Below are positions 1 to 11,302 of a DNA stretch of 64,000 nt, piece after piece; position 1 is the stretch's first letter, and each line of letters starts with the position of its first letter. Where the stretch lies: contig NC_092672.1 of the NCBI RefSeq assembly GCF_964355755.1, forward strand, positions 25,674,437 through 25,738,436. The letters run 5' to 3'. Under the pieces are notes generated by a model. The model was not told where the DNA came from and did not search any database. It saw only the letters and a program-made list of their open reading frames with translations. Both the position numbers and the translations under genes were made by a program. The DNA is from Antedon mediterranea (Eukaryota; Animalia; Echinodermata).

Positions 1-119
1 CATAGTAAAACGAATTTGCACAATGGTCAAATATATCGATTACCTTAAATTTAACATTTTTTAAGTCCAGTGCAAACAAGTCTTAAATCACAAATAAGAA
101 TCTTCATTGTTATTTCTAG

Positions 120-3100
120 CTGATGGTAAACAGATTGATGGTAAATCTGTAGTGATTACTGCAGGCACTTTCCTTTGTGGTGAGATTCATCTAGGCCTAG
201 AAGCCAGGCCTGCTGGTAGGCTAGGAGACGAACCATCAGTGGGATTGGCAAAGACCCTGGAAGATGCTGGCTTTACTGTAGGAAGATTAAAAACTGGTAG
301 GTGAGCTGTGATTCTTATATTTATAGTTGCAGCTATTTCATTCTGTACAGGCATCAGGTGGTTATTTCAGCATAAGAGAGTTTTTAATTTGTTTGCAAAT
401 TGTACGTTTCGTTACTTTCTCACATAATTTTGCAGATACATGAATCTGGACTGGTACCCTTGAATTTAAAAATATACATTTTCACGAATCAAAATTAACC
501 ACTATAAAAAAATATTAAAATAATTAAAATTGTTTTTATATTAATTCAGAGTTAACCTTTGGAATTGATTGATATAATCCTTCTTTTATTTCGTCAGGTA
601 CACCTCCGCGGGTTGATGGCAAGTCAATCAACTACTCCAAGTTAGTGCAGCAAACAGGAGATCCTGACCCTATCCCGTTTTCTTTCATGAACGAAAGAGT
701 GTCAATTCAGGTACAACTAATACTTTCTTTTGTTGTACATTACAACTTGTTGTTTAATTTCAAATCAACTAGATGCAATGCAATAATTTGACCAATCAAA
801 AGCAAAGAATGGTTCCATCTATACAGTATTAACTATTGCGTTATACTTTCAGCCAGAAGATCAGGTGATTTGTCACCTGACTCAAACAAATCATGTGATT
901 GATGACATCATCTTATCCAACATGCATCTTAATCGACATGTGGCAGAGGAAACTAATGGACCTAGGTAGGGACAATTTTATATATCTGAATGAGAGCTGA
1001 ACAAGACGCTTAGACGAGAACATATATATCGGTATATTTATTCAAAATTCACATACAAATTACATACATGGCAGCACATGGCTGAATTGCATATGTATTA
1101 CATTATTGAACATGTTCAATAGGCAGATTTGTATTGGTCTTGGTACTGTAACTGTTAAAAAATATTATGTCTTTAGGCACCTGTGGCCAAAGTTTACCAA
1201 TAGTAATTTAATCACTCATATACTGTAGGTGGTAATCCCCCTGACACAAGCTATTTTGTGTAACCAATTCACCGAGGAAATCTCCTACTCGTCTCGAATG
1301 ATGAACTGGGTTCTTTAAAAGTGGACACGTACAAAGTGTGTATACTGGACCTATGGTTTATAGTCCTTAATATCCAAGAAGACTTGTTCCACCACCAGAA
1401 GGAGCAAGTCGGCCTCAAACACATGCCGATATTATTGCCTTTTAGGTATGCCCCTGCCTTAAACGCTCAGCCATTTGACTAGATCAAAACAAAATTTTGA
1501 AATGAAATCGTCTACAAATACAGAATTCGCACATTGTACTTTAAATAAACCACTTTTCACATATTGAATCTTTTTAATATATTTGTTCATTTCAGGTATT
1601 GTCCTTCTCTTGAGTCTAAAATTTTAAAATTTCCGAAGAGACCACATCAAGTATGGTTGGAACCAGAAGGTCTGTTTTCATTATTTTAGTAATTATTTAA
1701 CTAAAAAATCAAATGTTGCTTTTCTACTCACTTTTTTACTTTTGAGATTTACAAAATAAAAACCGTTCAGATTTGTTTTGGTTATTCTTAGATTTTTTCT
1801 TTATTTTTTCTTTAATGTTTGTATACATGCTTGATTAAAATTTATCATAATTTTGGAATTTGCTTTGAATGTCATGTGTTCCTAAACAGATTATTATTAA
1901 TTTTTTTTTTGGACATGTACAGTACGTTCTTGTGATCTTGGATATGTTGCTATATGTATATAATTTGTTTTGTTTTTTATTAATAACAACAATATATAGC
2001 ACCTAACAATGTTTCTAAGCGCTTACAGTACACACAAATATGATGCTTTTATGGATACAGATACAAATTGTATGAATAAATTGTTTAGGTATATTTCTGT
2101 TTCTTTGATTCAGGATTAAATACAGACATAGTGTATATGCAAGGCTTTTCAATCACGCTACCACCAGACCTTCAAGAGCACTGTATCCACCAAGTTGCAG
2201 GGTTAGAGCAGGCTACAATGCTTAAACCAGGTACTGTAAACTGAATTAGTAGGCCTACTATTATTAAATTGAGCTGTTTTATTGATATTACTAATATTTT
2301 TAATCTACATTGCTTATATTATTCATCATTGCATTATGAGTATTGTTTCAATTTATATTCAGTCTACGAATATCTACCATGTCCTCTCCATGTAGTAACA
2401 AAAAATGTAAGTTGTCACACAAATCTTCACAAGAAAGAAAAATTCTTTTCCAGAAATTGTATGTGAACAATACTTTTCATACATGACAAAATATAACAAA
2501 TTACAATTCAGTTACTTTTATAGTTTTAGAAAAGTAGCATAATATTTTCGTTATGTCTAAAGATACGATACCATATCTATACTTCTAAAAACTAAGGTAC
2601 TGTAATTATAGAGTATGTCTATGTAAGAATAATAGGTTACGGCAATGGTTTTCTGCAAGCCAGCTTTGTGGCTTAGTGGGCTTGTGATGAGGCTATGGCT
2701 TAGGGGTTGCAGGATCGATTCTCTACTTGACGTTTATTTATTTAGTTTCAGAGAGATTATTTAGAGGATTAAGTTTTTATTAATTAAGAAAAAGTTTTAT
2801 ATTTAGGTACAAAATTTTATATTTAGGTACAAGTTTTTAGGAATCCAATTTTAACGTAGCTTTAGCAAACAGAATCGGCCTCCATAATTACCGTACCTTT
2901 AGTTTTTAGAAGTATGGATACGGTACCGTATCTTTAGCCACGACATAATATTTTACACTTAAACAAATTCCAGTCATTTGACAGGACGATTGTGGGTCCA
3001 CAGTATAGGCCCATATAGTATTTAATTTTATATAAAATGCAGTTTGTGACCTTAAATTAGATCGAAAAAAGGAGGAATCTCAAAATGAAGATGTTTGCAT

Positions 3101-6100
3101 GCTGAAAATTCAATGTAGAATATATTGTGGATTGTATTTTATTTATTTATTATCACAGATCATGAAGGACTTTCGCCTCACTTTGATGGTCTGTTTAAAT
3201 CTAAGAGTAACAACCTTTTTTGATTTTCTTTTAGGTTACGGTGTAGAATATGACTATATGGATCCTAGACAGATTAAACCAACACTTGAAACAAAAAGGA
3301 TTCAGAATCTGTTTTTTGCTGGTCAGATCAATGGTACTACAGGGTATGAAGAAGCAGCCGCTCAGGTATGAGGAAGATCAAAAGTGTTTAATGCATTAAG
3401 ATAAATACTTAATGAAACATGTTGTCTTCCTGATAAAATTATTTAAAAAATAAATTTAAAAGATAAAATGAAGAAAGAACGGCAATTTACATAGACTAAT
3501 GGTAACGACAAGCGGATAGAATCTGTGTTTAATTTGAGCAGGTTTCAGCTCAACTGCTCATCCACTTCGAGTTTTGTGTCATAAGATTCATTGAAACAGC
3601 TGTCATTTTTTGTTCCTATCAGGGCATCATAGCAGGAATCAATGCTGCACTCAAAGCATCAAACCGTCCTGAATTCACAATTAGTAGAACAGAAGGGTAC
3701 ATTGGGGTACTTATTGATGACCTGACTACACAAGGAACCAATGAACCATATCGAATGTTCACCAGCAGGTCAGAGTTCAGAATGAGTTTAAGACCAGACA
3801 ATGCTGATTTGAGGTTGACATTAAAAGGTATGTGTTGAAAATTAATATTGTACCAAGATCATAAAGTGGTGAATTAAAAAAAATTTGGAAAAACAGTCAT
3901 ATTATAGCACACAACAGTCATAAGCCTTGAGTTGTATAAAGTTTTAAACAATTTAAAAAAAAACTGTTGTAGAACCATTATTTAGAACTTTTTCTGTGGA
4001 ATACGTGAATGGCATGTGATACAAAATGAGCCAATCAAATGGCAAGGATACACCTAGGTGTAGTAAGAAAATTTATATAGTTTTAACAAAATGTTGTTTT
4101 CTTTTTTAAAAGCACTTCCCACAGGGTGTATTAGTGAAGCACGAAAACAGAAAACTCAGAAGAGCGAAAGAGAACTATATAAAGGTTTGGATTTGTTAAG
4201 GTCTGTTTGTATGTCAAGGCGCCAATGGAAGAAGCTGTTAGAGGCCCGAGCAATACAGGTTCCATTCACTGAGCGATCTCCTACAAAAATGAGGTAATCA
4301 TCTTAGGGATCATTCAACATTATTCTGCAGTTACTGCAGCAATGTTTTGTTAGTGCAATATTGCTAATTTTAGTTTGTTTAATTGTAGTAGTTTAAGAGG
4401 CACTCGCTGCAATAAAAAGCTTACTAAATAACAGGTTAAATAGTATACAAATAATAAATATTGCGTACTATTGCACGCCATGTGACCCACAATCGTCCAA
4501 TCAAATGACAGGAATTTATTTAGGTGTTATATAATACACAACATTTAGTTAATGCAATAACTGCAGTAGAATAATCTTAATGGTCCCTTATGTGTAAACA
4601 ATTTTATTTTACAGATTTAAAAATTTCTTCCATCTTTTTATTTGGAGTTATCTCTTTCTTGTGTCTAAATTTATTATTGTTTACCAACAATCTTATCTAT
4701 CTCTGTGGTTGGGTTGGGTTGAGTTGCAGTGGACTCCCCACCTCCCCTGTTTCTGGCAACTCTTCCTTTCCTTTACAACTGCCCTGCTCAACATAGCTAA
4801 GTTGCACATCAATGCTATTATTCTTCTTGTAACTTTGTTTTATAAATTGTGTTAGCTATACCATGCATGAACCTAATTTATAGGTCGATGGCTATACCAC
4901 TATTTAAAGGCAAGAATCATCATAATATAAATTTGTAAATTTGTTTACAGTGCAATAGATGTTTTACAGTATAAAAATGTCACAGTAGAAGATTTAGTTA
5001 AGATGCTACCAGATGAACTTTCACAAATACCACATGGAAAACACCTGGTGCAAAGACTTAAGATTTCTGGTAAATGTTAGTTATTATCATTACTATAGTA
5101 TTGTAGCAGAGTACTTTAGCCTGTTTTTGGGCCTGCTGATTGCATCTTAGCATGCTTGTCTCTTGAGGGATGCAATATTTCCTTCAATTCTCTAATTGCT
5201 TTCTTATAAACATTTGCAAAACATTAAACCCAATCCTCTCAATATTTCAAGCTTGGTTCCCACTAGGACACAATAAAAGGATGATTTGACCAATGAAAAG
5301 TGATAATCCATTGCTTGGTATTGGTCAAATTACTGGCAGTGCTATATGTCCTGGTTTTGAATAAGTTTGATTTGAATTAACAATCCTCCCATCAACAAAC
5401 AATAGCTATACCAAACTTGTCGCTATACACCTACCGATCTAATAAACCAGTGGAGCTTAAATGTTTTGTTTTTTTAAACATTTTACTTGCTAAGCTAAAT
5501 TTTATTTTTTTTTTAACATGCTACAGGCATAATGTTGCCAATGAAATAATAACAATTATTGAGAGCAGTATACAAACAAACTCTTGCATATTAAATGACC
5601 TCTATTTCAGATTATTTTTAAAACAATTTCTACTTTATTAAAATCTTTATAATTGTTTTGATTGACCAATTAGGAATCTATGAGAACCTGTTACAACAGC
5701 AGCAATTAGAAATTGAAGAAGTTCAAAAAGATGAACAACTTGTTTTACCAGAGGACATTGATTATTCAAGGTAAAAAAACTGTTAAACTATGTAAGATTT
5801 GATATCATGTGAAGTTCCACAATCTTCTAAGTGTTTTATACTAAGATACTTTATGTTATGCGCAACATTTTTCAGAAGGCTATTTTTTTTTTTTTTTTGT
5901 ATTTTGTATTAATATTTGTCCTCAGTGAGGAAATTCGGATTAGGCCCTCCACGGACCAACGGCAGCCAGCAGTGCAGCGCCTACCAGATTAGGCAATGAG
6001 AGTTAAAGCATCTTGCCTAAGGATGCAATTAGTATGGTACAGATAACCTCGAACCCATGCCTATCACATGCTAGTCCGATATTACCATTACACCATCACT

Positions 6101-9100
6101 CTCCAGTATATACAGCACCCACCACGATTTCTAGACGGTCTCCCATCCAGAACGCAACCAGGCCCAACGTTGCTTAACTTCGGTGATCTGACGAGAACCG
6201 GTGTTTCAACACAGTATGGTGTACTAGGAATGGTTCCCTCACATTTTGATGGCAAAGTCATAAATAAAATTGGTGTAAACCAGTCTTTTTTTTTAAATGT
6301 TTTCCCCAAAACAGATTGGTGTACTCACAAATTCATAGAATTTAAATGTGTAGTAATAATAATGTACACATCATTAGTATGATGCACATACAGCATGTCT
6401 GTTATTAATTTTAATTATGAATGCCACCAAATTTTTCCAATTGAAATTTGGTTTTTAAAGACAATTATTTTGTATTACACATAAAACAGTGGCTTATTGT
6501 GTGTTTGAAGTTCAACGCATTACATTTTGTCACCAGGATTTTATTATAGCTACCTTTCCAAACTTTCTGCCTACAATTTACAATTTTTACTGGTATCACT
6601 AGCAAAATCCTAAAAAAAAAATAGAATGAATGACAAAAATGGTGAATAATATGGGTACATAGACCCTTCTTCATGTTTATGTTTACAAAGCTAATAATTC
6701 CTGGCATATTTATAATTTCAAATTGTTTAAACGTCGTGAGGTGGTTTCCCGAATGATCGTAAAATCAAAACGGTACTGGGTATGACCAACTAGCGTTCAA
6801 TATTGAATATCGAAACGTGGCAGGCTATATGGCGCTTGACCTTTGACAAGATCGCCTAAAATTTATAATTTAAATCTACGATACTTGGTATTGTATATTC
6901 AGGAATAGCCGCTCCATAGTCTCTTTGCTTTTCTTCCTTATATCTTATTCTTATTAACTCAAAATTATTTTTACTAACAAACATTACTATTTATATGCCT
7001 AGTGTGTAAACATTATCTATATATAAATTTACGTAAGGGCAAAATTCGGTAAATCGCGCCTTACTTCTAGAATTTTTACTCGATGGTATATACAGTTGGT
7101 TCGTACTTTCGGTATTGATTTTAACCACCTGATGTAACCCCGTTTACTAATTAAATTAAGTTAGATAATTATTTATTGACGATTAAAACGAATTTAGGTT
7201 CAACGATTTTCCCCCAAATAGGGGTGTTTTCCGATCGTGGTATACACTGTCTAATGGATGTCCGTCTTGAAAAATACCCGCAGACAATAATACGAGGATG
7301 CTTCGCATTTTCCTATCTCCTCCTACGATAATTGTTTTTAATGGCTGAAAACCGGTTGAACAGCTCTCGAGTACAGCATCATAATATTGAAGACAGGCCG
7401 ATTTTCTTTAAAAAATACTATTTTGATAGATTTAATATACGTTTATACAAATGTATTGATTTGCGATGAATGGAACATTCCAATCTCTGTTCCACAAGTG
7501 TCTATTCCCTCAGGCGTCGTAAAGACAAGTACTGTATACTCATAACAGAAATTCGATCCATTTTTTTTTTCAACCAACCCAACCATTTCAATATGTGCTG
7601 CAGAGGTTGGATATCAAATTTTTTTTAACGGATAATGAGCTAGCATTTTCACTCGCCGTATATTATATACACATCTTTATTATTGCAGTTAAACCACCCA
7701 CATCACCACCCTTCCCTCACTGGCATGAGTAGCGTTGTAAAACCAGTAGAGGATGGGCCTACGGTACATCACATGCCCTAAACGCAGAACAACTTTGGTG
7801 GGTAGGGTAGGAACCAACTTAAGTATGAATTGGCTCTAAGAAACAATTGAAAACCATTAGGCCTACTAATTAAGTTGAGTTAGATAATTTAATATTTATT
7901 TACGATTATATCGAATTTCTGATTTTCCCCGAATAGAGGGGGTTTTCACAAATTGTTTTATATTATATAAACATATACACGTCGTAGTGATGTATCGTTA
8001 CATGTACTGTACTATTTCAATCGACTAGGACGGTGATAGTTTCAACAAAGTATTAAATTGCAATGTTTTACTGTGTGTAGTGGTATATTATTTGTAAAAC
8101 ATGAAAACAATTAATATTTCGTTACTAAATGGATAAAGAATATATTTAAAAATTGTTCCTCTTTGTACCCATCCTCTTCCCCATCCCTCAACCCTAATGT
8201 TACATACAAAACACAAATTAAGTTTGTTTAAATTTGACTTAAACAATTGGTCTCATTTTGTGACAAGTTTCTCTTTCGGAAGTAATTCCCAGGGTGCTAA
8301 TTTTAGTTGAGTACATAAATCACAGTGTCTATTTATTCGTTCCTGTAAACGACATGTATTATTGTCCTGCGGTACGTACATTTGAAATCGCCAGTTTTTT
8401 AACGCTGAAATTATTATGTATTCGAGAACCATCTGTGGTTACGACCTAGATGGTACGCGAGCGAAGCGAGCGTACCATCTAGTTGACATAATTTCATTAA
8501 ACATCCACATACAGTACAACTCTTCTTAAAATTTTTTTTCAATCTTTTATCAACTAAAAGTCGTAGTTAGTCATACCTCGGGTCACATTCTATGGTCACC
8601 GTACAGGTAGACTACTGCATCAGTACTTCTATGAATGGATGACTAGTCGGTGACAATAACGCTAGTTGGTCATACCCAGTACCGTTTTGATTTTACGATC
8701 ATTCGGGAAACCACCTCACGACGTGTTAGTGACATTATCGTGGTTATAACCATTTCTATCAGAACAATTTTGTTTCATTATTCTGTGTTTTTTTTCAGAA
8801 TTTCCATATCTAATGAGTTAAAAGAAAAGCTGTCGCAAGTTCGACCATCAACTGTAAGTATTGAATTTCAGCCAACAAATTTTGTGAAAAATGTACTTGT
8901 ATTGGAAACAGATGCAACTCATTCATTCATAATAATATTTATTTCTTTTTCTCTTTCAATGTAATTGTAACAAAATACAAATTTCAATATAATAATAATA
9001 AAGAGGCAAAACCCAGGATGTAACAACATTTGGAGGTCTTCCTCCAAAAAAACTTGTGACGGTTAGCCAATTAAGAAAAAAAAACCAAATTGTAATCAAT

Positions 9101-9859
9101 TATTACTCATAAACCCTCATATTCAATAATCTCTTATTTTGTCTGGCAAATAAATATTAGCAATATTTTTTGCTGTCCATAAATGTACAGTATGTATTTT
9201 GTTTTTGATGTCCTTGGTTAATCTCCAGGTTTCTGCACAAAATGTTACATCACAATATCCTTGTGGTGTATAATACCCATCTCTTTCACATAGCATATGC
9301 AATGACGTAATTTCCACCTTGTTTTGAGGTTTTTGGTCGCAGCGTACTGTAGCGCTTTAGATAAAATTTATTGTGGTTAAATATGTATTGTCCCCCTGAA
9401 AAAATAATTCTGAACACAATTTTTCAAATAACCGTAACCATAACAAACTAGTAAAATGTTTATGTCTTCCTGATGAAAAAACTATTTTTATAATCTTTTT
9501 TCACCTCCAAATTTTATTTATATTTGTAAAGTTGTATGAACTGATGTCATTAAGAAAATATTGAAAGTTTATTTAATTTATACTGTATATGACCAAGTAT
9601 AAATTTTGTACCCAGGTCCCATGTGACTATATTCGACCATAATATAGAGTAATATTAGTATGTTTTTAAAACATCTATTTATAGAGTTCCAGTTTTTTCA
9701 CTAGAATATTTTCTTTTCTTTTACTATATAAATTTATTTTATTTATAGATTGGTGCTGCAAGTAGAATTCAAGGAATGACACCTGCAACTTTGCTTCAAC
9801 TTTTGTATTTTGTACGAAAGCAAAATAAAAAATCTATTTACAGACGAATATCTCTTTGA
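120..9859 (+). CDS. MTO1: MTO1/GidA (MnmG) mitochondrial tRNA U34 modification enzyme, 5'-truncated by window; 12 exons: 120-296, 598-710, 853-965, 1596-1669, 2114-2230, 3235-3365, 3623-3827, 4113-4293, 4951-5069, 5674-5770, 8799-8853, 9749-9859
   Basis: All introns are GT-AG with compatible phases. The spliced translation carries GidA motifs: [113 protein letters not shown]. Stop TGA at 9857-9859. Confidence 0.96.
975..1477 (-). mobile_element. Degenerate tRNA-derived SINE with Deu/Meta-like central domain (MTO1 intron)
   Basis: Minus strand has an A-box-like TGGCTGAGCGTTTAAGG near 1475. The central 1275-1385 segment (GTCTTCTTGGATATTAAGGACTATAAACCATAGGTCC...AAAGAACCCAGTTCATCATTCGAGACGAGTAGG) resembles conserved SINE core domains. 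Family assignment from memory only. Confidence 0.45.
2554..2939. mobile_element. MITE with GGCTAAAGATACGGTACCGTATC-type TIRs, containing a tRNA-like internal segment
   Basis: Imperfect ~60-bp inverted repeats at 2554-2612 and 2880-2939. Same terminal motif as the element at 18665-19667. Confidence 0.7.
5883..6223 (-). mobile_element. Chimeric 5S rRNA + tRNA SINE (SINE3/AmnSINE-like architecture) with CORE-like body and poly(A)
   Basis: Minus strand, in order: 5S-like head 6223-6111 (GATCACCGAAGTTAAGCAACGTTGGGCCTGG...GGATGGGAGACC), tRNA-like A/B boxes (TGGTGTAATGG, GGTTCGAGG) 6105-6035, TCCTTAGGCAAGATGCTTTAACTCTCATTGCCT body, and a poly(A) tail seen as the T run at 5883-5898. Confidence 0.75.
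6731..8724. mobile_element. ~2 kb non-autonomous DNA transposon with perfect 67-bp TIRs in an MTO1 intron
   Basis: 6731-6797 (ACGTCGTGAGGTGGTTTCCCGAATG...TAGCGTT) is the exact reverse complement of 8658-8724. Flanks TTAA/GTTAG fit a TTA or TTAA target. No coding ORF inside. Confidence 0.85.
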
Positions 9860-10094
9860 TACCTTATTCAACACAACAAGATTATTTTTTGTTATGAAGA
9901 TATTAAAAAAGATCAACTTATGTACAGTACTGTACCTTGTACCTTGTAAATTGTAATGAGGATTTAATACTGCATAATGTGTTTACTGTCATAAATCTTC
10001 TGAACCTTCATCCTAGTATAGATTTTTTTTGTTTGTTTATCGCAAACGCTATGTCAATAGTTTTACTAATGCCTAATGGGACCCCAGCTCCATA

Positions 10095-10205
10095 TACAGT
10101 GCCCGATATTCACGGATAGTCTCCCATCCAAGCTCTAACCAGGCCCAACGTTGCTTAACTTCGGTGATCTGACGGGAATCCGTGTTTGAACGTGGTAAAG
10201 TCGTA
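10095..10205 (-). pseudogene. 5S rRNA-derived sequence (pseudogene or head of a truncated 5S SINE)
   Basis: Reverse complement TACGACTTTACCACGTTCAAACACGGATTCCCGTCAGATCACCGAAGTTAAGCAACGTTGGGCCTGGTTAGAGCTTGGATGGGAGAC...CTGTA is 5S-like and similar to 6111-6223. There is no oligo-T terminator; it is followed by TATGGAG, similar to the SINE copy. Confidence 0.75.
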
Positions 10206-10864
10206 TTATTTCCATAGTATATATTATATATGTAGTATTGTTTTGCTATAGATTAAGAAAGGTGCTTTTTTGTGTAACCAAGGCTATAAATTAACTGAGC
10301 TCGGCTTGCCAAGAGAGGCTATCGTATGCGGTTCGGCTTCGACGAATTCCTGAAAATCCGTCGATTTCTAGGCGATGTCGTATTGTGTTTATTGCTATTT
10401 AATTGTACTTTATTAGGTCCTATGTTTCTGATTTTCTACAAACACGAAGTACTTAATTTTTAAAATTAATTTAATCGAAGTAGACACAATATTTCAGATC
10501 TAACACCGTTATTTGAAGTTTGGCCAATGCTAAATCAACCAAACGTCTGTAAGGGTGGGGCATGATCGTAACGAATCTGAGCCATTTCGTTTGATCCAGC
10601 GACACCAAGTGTCCTGCTGTTTGATAGCTTTGGTAAAATGTGGATTTGTATGATAGATCCTAGTGAAAACAATTATGCAGATTTGATGTACATTTAGGAA
10701 ATAAAGTCGATTTTTAATTCAATTTTATTTCATAAGATACATCATTGTGTAATAACATGAGAGATTTTTTTTAAAAACTATAACAATTTGTATTCTCGTA
10801 AACGTACATAAGTTCCGTAAATGCTGTCCATTCAGTAAGTTTCGCGTTTTTGACGTTCCCACTA

Positions 10865-11302
10865 AAGCTTGCTGTCCACTAGAGATCCAACGCAGTTGCG
10901 TATACGCACGTGAATCACAAGCTGCAGTTGGGATGAGCCATCGCGTCGTGATTGGTCAAATTACTTGCGTCGCGCTTACTTTCTTGCTTTGCTTGGTTGT
11001 TCCTCAAGGACGCAAGCGCCACGCAAGTAATCTAGCCGCAATCACGAGCGGCCATGGATCATTTGAATTGTCGCTTGTCATTGCTTAATCTTGGTTCCCA
11101 CTAGCGACGCAACACAAGGACGTAACGCAACGTAAGTGAGTTGACCAATCACAAGCGATGGATTATTCGAACTTTCGCTTGACATTGGTTAACACACTTG
11201 CGTTGCGTCCGTGCCTTGCGTTCTAGTGGGAACCACGCTTTAAATTGCTCGCGTTTCGCTTACGTCATTACGTATGGTAGCGTCCTATGGGGAACCAAGC
11301 TT
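10865..11302. mobile_element. Cluster of nested short palindromic MITEs (AGCTTGGTTCCCACTAG termini; PIF/Harbinger-like)
   Basis: Inner copy 11088-11239 has GGTTCCCACTAG...CTAGTGGGAACC TIRs and a TTA duplication (11085-87 and 11240-42). It sits inside an older copy (~10990-11302). Further fragments at 10865-10985 and 5249-5340. Confidence 0.7.

Noticed and set aside
6111-6223. Functional 5S rRNA gene (also 10095-10205)
   Set aside because: The two copies differ from each other at many positions, lack an oligo-T terminator and are not in a tandem array; one continues into a SINE body.
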